The notes under the pieces were generated by a model. The model worked only from the letters and a program-made list of their open reading frames with translations. It searched no databases and had not been told where the DNA came from. The translations under genes and the position numbers were made by a program. A stretch of DNA of 64,000 bases. It comes from Octopus vulgaris. Taxonomy: Eukaryota. This document shows positions 1 through 13,020 of the stretch, piece by piece. Where the stretch lies: contig OX597824.1 in NCBI GenBank assembly GCA_951406725.2, forward strand, positions 42,036,001-42,100,000, in the 5' to 3' direction. Position 1 is the stretch's first letter. The number at the start of each line of letters is the position of its first letter.

Positions 1-185
1 CATATCGATGTGTGTATGTCTTTGCGCCAGTGTTTGTCCTTTGACACCGGTTGACTACTGGTGTTTGTGTGATTATTTCCCTGTAGCAATCGGCAAGAGA
101 TTCCAATAGAATAAGTACTGGGCTTATAAAAAAAAACGCCTGGGGGACGTAACCAAGCATGGCCGTAGTCAAGTGACCGAAACGA
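1..185 (+). mobile_element. SINE family A, 3' half (degenerate)
   Basis: atagaataagtactgggctta...gcatggccgtagtcaagtgaccgaaac matches the tail of fuller copies such as 28845-29220. Confidence 0.7.
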
Positions 186-191
186 TCTCTC

Positions 192-235
<44 letters not shown>

Positions 236-994
236 TACATAATGAGACAGAGTATGCCTGTGTCTGTGTGTGCGGGTTACACAATTTAGAGCTTTTGAGG
301 CAATTCTGCTTGAACAATTTTTATGTCTTAGATACAGAATAATAAGAAAATATTTAAAATACAAGGAGATTTACCAGAGAAGGAAACTTCGAAAATATAC
401 CGTCAACTTAATTAGTATTATTTATTTGATAATCTTCTAATGTGAAGTACGTTTTTGTTTTCTTTTTGAAATACTGTAAATCTATTTCTTTCTTTTGTTG
501 AAAGGGTGTGCTTTAAGTGAGATTTAGATATTTTTAGTAACTCAAGTTACCACAGAGACACACGTGTGTGTGTGTGTGTGTGTTTTGTTGTGCTAAAAAA
601 GCAACTTTTTCTCAGAATATTTTGCACAATAATCTTTTAAAGCCATTTGTAGCGAGAAGAACTTTTTATGTCTGAGTTTGCTGAAAATTTGTTTAAGGGT
701 TAGTTTAAACATCAGTTACATTGATTTCAAGGCAAAAATGTAAAATTCCAAACATATTCTTAAATAAACCCTGGTGCCATATGGCACCGCTAGGATAGTA
801 AGAGTACAAAAATACAACTCTGGCTATTTGTTCCTTTTCATCCAGTAATCAAATGTATAATATGTTCCTCTTTTAGAGCAGTGAAAATAATAAAAAGCAA
901 GGCAATGTGATACATTTTATGATAATTATTATTGAAAAAAATGCTCCTTTATCATATTTAATTTATTATGAGTTAGTCACGACAGTAACAGATT

Positions 995-2375
995 ATTTTT
1001 CATGTTAATCTGCAAAACACGAGATACATAGTCCTACATCGCATTTTTCACATTCAGCTCAAGTCTGTGATTTACAAAATTATCATTTGCATTTGCGTCG
1101 CTTGTTTCCAGTTACATAATGTTCAAAGCTATTGTATCACATATCAGAATCTACTGGACATGATTTCTGTTTTTTTTTTTTTTTTTTGCCAGAACTTTTT
1201 GACTGAACCTGAAATCTTCGCAAGTTTGACCTGGCAACTGCTCTTTTGAAGTCCAGTTGATCTAATGCAGAACCCCTTCCTCGTGCTAAAATCCAAGCAT
1301 TTTGAATGGAAACATCTACAGTCCATGTAAAAAGAATCCACCACTATTTTTTTCCTACGTATGCGAATGCGATACGCGTTGATGTTTAGGCCCATCTGAT
1401 CGGTTTCTCCCATATTCTTGTAATTATAAACTGCCTGAGGAAATGGTACCTCTATATGTTTTAACTTTTTCTTAGACTAGCGCTTGACTTTGTTAACAGG
1501 GTTCTTCCCACGAATGGTGATCCCACTGTCACAACAGCGGTATCCTTCCATCTGGTGATTTTTGTAGCATTGGATCCCAGGACTCTGGTGACAGTCTCTG
1601 AAGAGCCTCGCTCGTTTTTATAATCAAAACAGCGTACAGAAGAAATAGGACACGAAGCATCTAATCTGTTTGCTCTCAATTTACTAATATCAATGTATCC
1701 TAAAGTTTTGAGTTGATTTAGAAGTGGCACTGATGTGAACAAGTTATCAAAATATACATGAGGAATATATATAAGGAAGGTGTTTTTTCTCACCACTATA
1801 GGATACCAGTAAATGAAGTACAGTTGATGAACACTTTCCATAAATCGAATCTAATTCTACATTTCCACAGTGGGTCTTCACTTAGGTATCAAAGACTATT
1901 AAATATACTGCAGACAAATTTTGATATCAGATTTGTATCCGAATCTTATAGGTTTATTGCAAACAGATTGCTTGCAGTTATGCTTGCCAAAATAGTCCAC
2001 CATTGCTTCATCATGTGAAATACTTGGTGCTGGAACAAGATATTCCATAAATTTCTTTTGTAAATGAGATATGAGCGGTCGCAGTTTTGCACATTTATCG
2101 CTATTATTGATATTATTTGCTACATTGAAATGTAGACAACGCATTATAGTATAAAACCGGTCGTGAGTCTTAGCATTACTGATAGCTTCAGTGAACGTAT
2201 CCGATGTATGCAACCAATACATACGCCGACGAGGTAATTGATTATATCCTGAAACTATGAGAATTGCAAGGAACACTTTGAATTCATTCAAAGATATAGT
2301 CATATCAGTCCAGGTCTTTTTCAAGCAACATTTTGTCGTTTCTTTCATTGAATAGCTCAAATAATTCCACTTCAT
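995..2375 (-). pseudogene. piggyBac transposase pseudogene (PGBD2/3-like), frameshifted
   Basis: ORF 1899-2375 has FLAILIVSGY..LPRRRMYW, RF..IMRCLHF, KLRPLI, DEAMV.YFGKH..KQ and KPIRFGYK. ORF 1461-1841 has YFDNLFTS and RWKD. ORF 1144-1413 has MG.TD.M. A Cys-rich tail (KCK...CEKCDVGLCISCF) lies near 1000-1100. Confidence 0.92.
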
Positions 2376-2779
2376 TAAAATCCCTGTATTTTAAATAGTT
2401 ACACCCAGGAAAAATGAAACGCATCACTTGTGTTTCCGCCTTTTCCCAAGTAATTTGGCATTTTTTTCTTTTGTTTTCCGCACCTGAAGCCTGTCCATTT
2501 TCAGCAGAACTTTCTGTCTGCGTTACTTCGTTCTCTTTTGTTTTCGTACTTCGTGATTGCTATTCTGCTGGGGCGCGAAGTTGGTTGCCTGAGAGATGAT
2601 GAGTGTGTTAAACGGTGTCAGCTTTATCTTCTTTCCCCGAATCCTCATCTGTCAGGTCAGTAACCTCCGGGTATTCAATGAAAACGTCATGTGGACCGTC
2701 ACCTCCCTGTTCAAGAATACTCAAAATTTAATTCAAAGACAGTTCACGTTTCCTGGAAAAAAATGCATAATAGTGAAAA

Positions 2780-3023
2780 ACTAGAAACTCTAGCACTCGG
2801 AAAGCGTAGACTCCGCCGAGCAGTATCCCTCCCAACCTCCATAGTTTAGTTTACCCTGGATCACCTCCAAAATCTAATCATGCATTCATTGTTTTATTTT
2901 GAACATTTCCTGAAAATTTCATAAAAATCTATCAATAACTTTTAGAGTTATGTTACTAACGAACAAACAGACAGACGGACAAATCAACGCCGGCAAAAAC
3001 GTAACATCCCTGGTGGAGATAAT
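2780..3023. mobile_element. Short Helentron/HINE-like non-autonomous element nested in the piggyBac 5' region
   Basis: Begins actagaa..gcactcggaaagcgtagactccgccgag and ends aacaaacagacagacggacaaa...aaaacgtaacatccctggtggagataat. Short subterminal inverted repeat (ctccgccgag / ctggtggag) and a (GACA)n stretch. Family assignment is from memory. Confidence 0.55.
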
Positions 3024-3887
3024 ATCACGTATAGTAAGAGAAAGCTATGCTTCCATTGTTGAAAGCCCTTGTTCCAAGGAAAACAACCAAAAATATAGGA
3101 AATAACACATGTTGTACTGTGTATTTCCTAGCGGTGTCACATGGCACCGTAAAATAATTCAACAAAACAAACGTCACTGCAATAGATATTATGAATTATT
3201 TTCATTTGTTTCTTTCTCTAACGAAGTATTTAGATATCCTTCTAATAAAATACAAGATATTTTGACCATATTCGTGAATGAGCAAACACTTGTTTAGAGT
3301 AGTCATCTCCGTTGAGGATGTTTTTCACATTAGCTGACAAACACGCATGCTCACTCTCCCAAAGTCACACAGCTTCTAAACTGTTGCATTATACATTGAG
3401 GCAAGAACCATTCCTAATATGTTCAGTACATGTTCCATGGAAATTTCTCTTCCTGTCGTTGTTATAAAGTTGTTTTTTATATACCCAATTTTTGAGGTGC
3501 AGTATGGAGCCCCTAGGATTAAATGGGTTAAGAAATCTGGACATCTTTCTAACTGCTAACCATTCAACTTCAAATTACAATTGTTAATTGTTGGTAGTCA
3601 AGTAGACTGAGATGTATAGAGTCAAAGTTCAATACGAAGTTTTGAACTCACTATATTGTGGTTAGTAATCCATTACCTTAAAATTGAAGCCATTAAATAT
3701 TTAAACATTATTTTACTGGGTTTAGTCTTTCGACTGTCACCATGATGGGGTATCATCTTCAAAAATTTAATTGATCATACTGTCCTCAGTACGTAATTCA
3801 ATCTGGCATTTATTTTATAGATCTTTACTTGATGAACTTTGAAACATAGTGGGACACAATAATCGATTTAACAACAGGTGTAAACAC

Positions 3888-3939
<52 letters not shown>

Positions 3940-3944
3940 ATATT

Positions 3945-4095
3945 AGGTGCAAAAATGACTATGTGGTTGAGAAGTTTGCTTACCAACCACAAGGTTCCAC
4001 GTTCGGTCGCTATGCATAGTACCTTGGGCACGCGTTTTCTACAATAGTCCTAGGCCAACCACAGACTTGTGACTGAATTTGGTAGACGGAAACTT
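3945..4095 (+). mobile_element. SINE family A, 5' half
   Basis: tgcttaccaaccac..ggttcc...accttgggca...tttggtagacggaaact. Confidence 0.75.
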
Positions 4096-4099
4096 CAGA

Positions 4100-4190
4100 G
4101 TTGTTCATGAAAAATGGCCGAAAAACATGTTTACAAATAATACGTGGCTATAGGTCATAAAACCCGGGCAACGCCAGGGTGCATTGCTAG
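4100..4190 (+). mobile_element. Helitron 3' end fragment
   Basis: Hairpin cccgggcaacgccaggg followed by CTAG|T at 4187-4191. Similar to the end at 43265-43293. Confidence 0.6.
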
Positions 4191-4409
4191 TGTATGTGTG
4201 GAATTATATACATATAAATACAAACATATTTATAAAATATATAATTATATATAATACATGCATATATACACAAACATAAATTATATATATATTATTAAAT
4301 ATACACACATACATACATATATAAATATGTATGTATACATGCACGTATGTATGTAAGTATGTATGTATGTATGTATGTATGTATGTATGTATGTATGTAT
4401 GTACGTATG

Positions 4410-4443
<34 letters not shown>

Positions 4444-4699
4444 TGTATGTATGTATGTATAGACATATAAGGGCATCACATGGCAACAATCATGAATCAT
4501 TTCAATAAGTCTTCTTGGCTATGACTTTTCTCGTGTAACGAGGATGCAGCTGTGATGCATGTACATATAACCACAGACATATGTATACAGTGAAAAGGCG
4601 CACGATCGCGAGGTTTTACTTTCGATTCCCAGAGCAGCAATGAGCTGTGTTCTTGAGCAAAACACTTCATTTCACTGTGCTCCAGGTCGCTCAACTGCA

Positions 4700-5530
4700 A
4701 AAAAGATAGGAGTCTTACAAATCTTGTTAGAAGCTTAACAACTCCCAGCTCCGCAGATCCAGGAACCTTGAAATGTTTTCGCCGACGATGTAACACATGT
4801 CCCTACATCAACAATATTACCACGATCACGGGACCCAAGAAACAGTATCAGATTACACTCCACTTCTGTTGCACTTCGTCGAATCTTATAAATTGCATCA
4901 TATGCAAATTCTGCGGTGCTCTTTACATAGAAGGATCAGGGTGACGCCTTGGGGATCGCTTTCGCGAACACATCAGAAGCATAATGCTACGTATGTCAGG
5001 CCAACTTGTCGCTACCCACTTCAACACTGTGAATCATTCTATTGTAGATTTATCAGTGTGTGGTATGACCTTGCACCATGAACCCCAATTCTCTAGGAAA
5101 CAAAAGGAGCAACGTCTTATATTTGATCTTGGCACTATGTTTCCGACAGGTATGAATGAACGTTTTTCCTTTCATCCTTTCACCTCCTCTTAATTCTTTT
5201 TTACCATTTTTAATCCTCCTTCCACCCTCTCTCTGTAACATTCCCGTATTTACTTACCTTTATCTCTCCATCACCCTTTTCCTCCTCCTTTCTGCATAGC
5301 CTCTCCTATAACTTCTGTTTCACGTTAACAGTCCGTGTTATTCTGCGTCCGTTATCAATTGTCGCCAGTTCTCAAGCTGAGGGGGTGTAAACTCTGTTTG
5401 AATTTCTTCTCTTTTTCTCTATCCCCTGACGAAGGATTAAATCCGAAACGTTGGAGATTCCACTCCTCACGGCAAGTTCATTGAACCCCTTCTGCTTTTT
5501 TGTATATTTTTTCAAGTCTTGCTGACGCAG
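4700..5530 (+). mobile_element. Penelope-like retroelement, 3' fragment (GIY-YIG endonuclease remnant plus 3' repeat region)
   Basis: Translation gives LVRS...PGTLKCFRRRCNTCPYI...CTSSNLINCIICKFCGALYIEGSG*RLGDRFREH...VATHFN...RKQKEQRLIFDLGTMFPTGMNERFSF. This is followed by a pyrimidine-rich UTR and a hammerhead motif. Confidence 0.9.
5421..5458 (+). ncRNA. Minimal type I hammerhead ribozyme motif (Penelope-associated)
   Basis: atccc-CTGACGA-a-ggat-taa-atcc-GAAA-cgtt-ggagat: conserved core boxes, 4-bp stem II, palindromic short helix III (aacgtt) and a stem I with one bulge. Confidence 0.75.
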
Positions 5531-5544
5531 AGCTACAAGATTAT

Positions 5545-6661
<1,117 letters not shown>

Positions 6662-7217
6662 AGGATTACGAAGTAGCATTAGCATTATCTTTAATTCCTG
6701 TATATATATATATCTTCAGACCTGCACATGCTTCTCTTGCATCAATTACTAACATTTGCAATTGCAACCTTACAAGCAGTTTCTTCAGGCACGTCACTTT
6801 AATATTCATTGATTTAACTGTTCAAAGTTTTATACTGATTTTCTTTGCGTTCTATGATGTGAAGTTGGAAGTTAATTTATATGCGAACTATCTTCATTTC
6901 AAGTATTGATTGGATACTCAATTCCTTATAGTCGGTTATTTCAAAACATTTCGCTGTTTGCATGTTTATAACTTGAAGAGAGGTAAATTTTCTCATATAC
7001 AAGAATCTTAAAGCTTATTCTTGTCTCGAATTTATTATATTACCAACAGACTATACATAGGCCACATTTAGTGGTTCCTGGTCTGTATAGTTTTGTTGTA
7101 TTAATTAATTCCCATTTGATAGAATAGTCTTTTGTTTCAATCTTCAATAGACCAGGTTAACCTACTTAGACTTGTTTGGAATTCTTTGTTTTTTTTTCCT
7201 AAAATGGATTTAAGTAT

Positions 7218-7273
<56 letters not shown>

Positions 7274-8631
7274 ATGTGTGTGTGTATGTATGTATGTATG
7301 TATGTATGTATGTATGTATGTATGTATGTATGTATGTATAGGCCCTTAAAGTCTCTCTTCGTCCATTGTTTTCTACCGTATGGCCACTCTGGTGTCGTTT
7401 GTTCGTTCGATGCTCTAACCCTCCACAAATATTATATTTTTTAAATTTCTGGATGCTGCTGTCTTATGAAGTTTCCTGTCTTGTCGTTAAAAGCACGAAA
7501 CAGTGAGTAATATCACATTCGAAAACTGAGGAAGGGTTAGACTTCTTTTTTGCTATTTTGTCTCGTACTTAAGTCTCGTTGTTTGTTTACGTATTTTTCA
7601 CCCGTTGGTGATGTCCTGTTCTTAAAGTGTATTTTTCATTTATTTAATAATTGAACGCCACGCAGTCCTTGTCACCAGTAAGTTTTTTATCGGGTATTTG
7701 TAGCTTGGGAGTCTAGTGAGCTTCTAGCTAAACGATTGTTTGGGTGTTCGTGATCTTCTAATGAGAGAAGAGAGATTGAATGAAACACTGAAGCGGTTAT
7801 GCTATCACTGTATAGAGACTGAAATTTTCAGTGAAAAGTAAGTTTTAATGGAAGGGTGGTGGTTGGTTAGAAGGCAAGAAAGTGTGAGATCGTGATTTTA
7901 GATGTGTGTATGCAAACGATAGGAGATTGGTTGTACGGTTGAAAGCCAGGGCTCTGAAGATGGCAGTACGCTTGATTAAATAAGCAGCGAATTGACGTTG
8001 GAAACAGTACGTCCATCATTGGCTTAAACTGGCCATTTCTAGCATTTATCTCACTCCACAGATTATGGTTATTCTTCTCTTTTAATCTCACCTTTCCACA
8101 CTTTTGCCTTTCCGATCACTTTCTTTAAACTATTAACTTTGCACCGTTTCCTGCCATTCAGCACTGTGACCAAGCTCACATGGATTAAGAAAGGAGAAAA
8201 CCTATTCTTCCTGAAGGAATATTTTGTTTGAAAGAGTGTAAAGTCCTCTTTCAGCGGTTTAAAAACTTAAAGGATTTCAAAATTTATCAATGAATACAAT
8301 TTTTACCGAAGCATACAACAAATCTTCCCACTTTCTGATATTGAAAGGTGGAAAAATATTGGTTACAATACTCAAATATATGATCGACAAAAACTGCATT
8401 TATTACATGTGGACTATTTTCCTACGCTTTAGCTTTTGGTTCCCTGACTTAATTTTCCTCCATGCTCTTTACTTTGCTGTTGCACGCCCACCAGGTGCGC
8501 CTTTGAATTTCTTACACACCAACGCATAAATGATGCCGTTTATGCTGCGCCAGAATTCAGCTTTTTCACGCCACCCCACACTTCTATCGCTCCACCTTCA
8601 GTACACACATCACACACACGGCTTCGTTCTG

Positions 8632-9197
8632 TTGGGTTGTCCGGAACGTTCGTGCTGATTTATAGTTGCTAACATTTCGACTTATTTTAGAACATGATTC
8701 AGTCCATAAAATAGGATTTGACTACACCTCCATTTAGAGTACAGTTTAAGCTATCTTTTCATAGAAGAAAGTTTATGTTACTATAACCTGTGTTCATTCT
8801 GTAACCCTTTAAAATGAAAGATAAGAAAGTTCATTTTCGGCACTTGATGCTTTGGGAACAAGACAAAAATTGCTGCAGCTCGGCTGGGATGTGTTACCCC
8901 ACCCTCCATATTAACTAGATATTGCTCCTTCGGATTTCCACTTATTCAGGTCTCTGCAGAATAGTCTTAATGGTTAAAATTTCAATTCCTTGGATGACGT
9001 AAAAAGATACTTTGATGAATTCTTTGGCATGAAACCACCTTAATTCTGGGAAGAGGATATTTTCAAGTTAAAGGAAAGATGGAGACGCATTGTGCAACAA
9101 AATGGTTCATATTCGGTTGATTAAAAATGTAATGGCAAGTATTTATTAACCTTTTTCTTTCCTTTAAAAATCGGCATGAACTTTCCGGACAACCCAA
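8632..9197 (+). mobile_element. Internally deleted mariner (Tc1/mariner) element
   Basis: TIRs ttgggttgtccggaacgttcgtgctgattt / aaatcggcatgaactttccggacaacccaa, with right flank TA (left flank TG). The N-terminus MKDKKVHFRHLMLWE is joined directly to the C-terminal LGWDVLPHPPY*LDIAPSDFHLFRSLQNSL...KLKERWRRIVQQNGSY. Confidence 0.93.
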
Positions 9198-10494
9198 TAC
9201 TTACCTACAAGAGCTACACGCAACAACAGTTAAAGAGTACAATAGTTATATACACAGCATCGCGTCCACACTTACACTAAGCAACGCCATCAAATTTACA
9301 AACTTACACACGTCTACATACATATTACATACAATCCATCAAACACGCGCAAGTGTCTCCCAGTGCACGCGCACTCTGGCGCAAAGGAGAAACAACTCAT
9401 TCACCCCATCTACTCCTCCACACAGAACAGCATTCCCTTGCGTCCTTTTACTAATTAATTACTTAATATTTAGTTTTTAAAATTTTGTTCGCACACCAGT
9501 TATTTTCCTTCTCTTCTCTTCCCACGCTCTCTTTTTCTATTTCCTCTTTATCTCCTATTTTTTCTTAAGAAAGACTAACATCTGAGATGTCAAAATGTTC
9601 CTTTCTCAATTCAAGTACCCTTTTTTGAAGGCTTGGTATTAGGTAGTAGGTACACGTGAACTATCTTCACTTCAAGTATTGATTGGATACTCACTCGTTT
9701 ATTCCTTATAGTTTATAATTTATCAGCAGGATTGCTCAGAGTGTCCCTAGATTTATAACATAAGCAATGAAAAAGTGATGCAGCACGATAAGAAAGAACT
9801 AAGACAATGGAACAGAACGATAACAGATGTAGAAAAAGCTGAGCAAAAAATTAGATACGGTTGATATAATTTTAAGTCTTAACGATAATTGAAAATCTCT
9901 ATAGGAGATGAAAGCAGTAACTATACTGAGAAGTAATGTTTATTGCCACTTAAATATGGTTGTTCCACAGAAACTGATGCTACTACCGTTTTTAACCCTA
10001 AGAATATACCTCCTCCAACAGGTTATCGATGTAAACTGCACCCGATATATATTGATTGCAAGCAGGGGAATAAACTCTTACCATCATCCAGCAATTTGAC
10101 AGGACCACCATAATTAGCTCTTACTGCTAAAACAAGCATAGCACGGGACGAAGTGACAAAGAATAGTAAACGGTGTATCGTCTAAAGTGACAAAGTTAAA
10201 AAGATGCTGTTGGTGTATATAAGTAATGCTGAAGGAATATATAAAACATTGTTAGACTTTAGTCCATCAACGAGAGGAGAAATGTAACGAGAGAGAGAGA
10301 GAGAGAGAGAAAGGGTGAGAGGTGGAGAGAGACACGGAAATATTTGAGCTGGCTATAAATGAAGAAAGGGGGTATGAATTACAGCACAGCCAAGACACAT
10401 AGCGGAATAAAACCGAAAATAGAATAAAACTGAAGACAAAGTAGTAATAAAAACAGAAAGAGACAGAGATAGATAGGAGGGCCTTCACCTATAC

Positions 10495-10731
10495 TAGTAG
10501 TTTTCAACTGGGGTCCATATGGCCCTATAACATTTTCTTATTAAATTTATCTGCAATTGAATTTGTTATTATATAAAATATTTTAATTATTTTTATACAA
10601 TTCCTAATAATATTTAATTATAAAAATATAATAGAATCTTTTTAAAGTTCGAATGGCTAGGAGGGTTTACCTGAGTGAAATAGAAAGCAAAGGGGTTCAT
10701 AGGTAAAAAAAATAATATTTGAGAAACACTG
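10495..10731. mobile_element. hAT-type MITE
   Basis: Ends tagtagttttcaa / ttgagaaacactg, with an 8-bp target duplication acctatac / acctatgc. Confidence 0.75.
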
Positions 10732-10774
10732 ACCTATGCCAATGCCATCCCCCACCACCACTACAACCATCAAC

Positions 10775-11822
10775 GGATCTTGTCGGTTTGGCTGCCAGCA
10801 TCAATTCTGTTCGAATTGATTTCATATTCTGTGTAATGTTACAATTTTATTAGCTAATGAATGACGTGAAAATCATTTTTGCTATAAATCAATAAATAAA
10901 GAGTTTTTAGCAATTAATGTTTGAAAACTTTGGTAATTTTAACCAATCGTAAATTCATGCCTGTTTCCACAGTAACAAGCAGAACACGAGAAATATTTTG
11001 CCTGCGAGAAAGCACGTGTTGACAAATATATTGAAACCACTTATTTTACCTATCTGTTGACAACTGAGTATGTGAATTTATGTAGTGCAGGAGATATGAA
11101 AATTGTGATTTGTGCGAGAAATTGATTGACTGCACATTAAATTTTCGTTTTCAATAAACTGGTCAATAAAATGTTTGTTTTTTAAAAAAATATTTAACTT
11201 GTAATGTACTATTTTGTTTTTAGGTAAATCTTTTAAGTTCGTGCTATCGCATTAAATGCTTATCGAATGCTTAAAACTACAAGAGCCGTGTTGTTTACTC
11301 TTTCTTTCTTTTTTTTTTTTTTGCTAACCTGAAAGATGGTACCCACACTCAACAAGTGGAGAGTACGTGGGCCTCTGTGAAGCGAGATAATAAACGACGC
11401 TGTGGCACTCACCGTTCTGTTGTAGATTCATATCTCTGAATTTACGTGGCGCAGGAGATACGAAAATTGTGATTCGTTTGAGAAATTGACTGAATGTATT
11501 TCCAACTTGCGTTTTTAATTTTAAAAATATTTTGTAATGTGTTGCTTATTGCACGCTTAAATGCTTGTTTTTAAGTATATTTTGTTCACTCTTTTATTTT
11601 CATAAATATGTACATCTTTCAGAACATTGACATTTTATAAGATTTTGCTGGCAAATTTTAAAATTAATATAAAATAGTTTGTTTACCAACCACATGATTC
11701 CGAGTTCAGTCCCACTGCTTGGCACCTTGGGCAAGTGTGTTCTACTATAGCCTCGGGCCGACCAAAGCCTTGTGAGTGAATTTGGTTGACGGAAACTGAA
11801 AGAAGCCCGTCGTATATATGTA

Positions 11823-11889
<67 letters not shown>

Positions 11890-12418
11890 GCGTGTGTGTG
11901 TTTGTGTGTCTGTGTTTGTCCCCCTAGCATTGCTTGACAACCGATGCTGGTGTGTTTATTGCACGTAACGTGTTGTTCATCGCATATTGAATGCTTAAAA
12001 CTATTTGTTTACTCAATTCTTTTTGTAATTGAGGTGGTTGTAAGATGTGCTAAAAATAACAGTTAAATAACGTTTTTAGGATAAATTTTTAAGTTCGTGC
12101 TATCGTATTAAATGCATATAGAATGCTTCAAACTACAAAACACGTGTTGTTTACAAATATTGACAACACTTGCTATTTTCAAGATAATGACGTCAAAAAA
12201 AGTGCAGTTACGCACAAAATGACAGCTTTCAAATCATGTTTCTTGATTGGGTGAAAATGATAAAACTTTAAACATCGATAACTTTTTTAAAACATTTTTC
12301 TGGCAAAAGTGAAATGACTCCAACAATTCAGCTTCAAAAAGTATATTGTTGTACCAAATTTTAAAATTTTCGATAAACTTTAATTTTTGAAATGCTGGTA
12401 GCCAAATCAACTAGATCC
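10775..12418. mobile_element. Non-autonomous TIR element with 8-bp TSD (Merlin-like, GG termini), carrying internal direct repeats and a nested SINE
   Basis: TIRs ggatcttgtcggtttggctgccagcat / atgctggtagccaaatcaactagatcc. Flanks ccatcaac / ccatcaat. It interrupts an ACC-rich tract that resumes at 12419. Confidence 0.75.
11680..11970 (+). mobile_element. SINE family A copy nested in the TIR element
   Basis: taccaaccacatg..ttcagtcccactgc..ggcaccttgggcaagtgt...gaaagaagcccgtcg-(TA)n-tgtgtttgtcccc. Confidence 0.85.
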
Positions 12419-13020
12419 CCATCAATACCACCACAACTACAACCGATACCACCACCACTACTACACAGCATTAGCAGTGTCCACTACCAACGCCACAGCC
12501 ACTATCACCGCTACTATCATTACTACTGCCACCACCAAAACTACTATTGTCACTGCCACTTTCACCACTGTCATTACTGCTACTACCGCCACACACAAAT
12601 ACCAAACATCACTATAATTGTCATTGCTAACAGCCACTACATCTCTGCAACCACCACCACCACCATCACCACTACTAAAACCACCACCAGCATAACCACC
12701 ATCACCACCACCACCACCACTAATTCTCTATCACCATCACTACCATCACCACCACTACCATCACCGCCACCACCACCACCGGCACCACCACCACTACCAT
12801 CACCATCACCCCCGCCCACCTCCCCCACCTTTACCACCACCACCACCACCGACACCACCACGACCATTACCACCACCACCACCACCACCACCACCACCAC
12901 AACTATCACCATCACCATCACCATCATCACCATCACCATCACCCCCACCGCCACAACCAAAACTCTCTCACCACCACCACCATCACCCCACCACCACCAC
13001 CACTTCCATCAACACCACCG
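12419..13020. repeat. Degenerate (ACC)n/(ACT)n trinucleotide tract
   Basis: Direct reading; it explains the Thr/Pro/His-rich ORF 12392-13033. Confidence 0.9.

Larger units (their letters stand above)
773..3531 (-). mobile_element. Decayed piggyBac-superfamily DNA transposon
   Basis: Transposase fragments on the minus strand. The right end reads ...aaatggg-TTAA (TTAA at 3528-3531). A subterminal motif ggtgccatatggcaccgctagga at 773-795 has an inverted copy at 3126-3148 and a degenerate copy at 3496-3518. The left terminus is not resolved. Confidence 0.85.

Noticed and set aside
9730-9965. Possible additional R4-like endonuclease remnant (also 37800-37960)
   Set aside because: Similarity is too degraded to support by eye.
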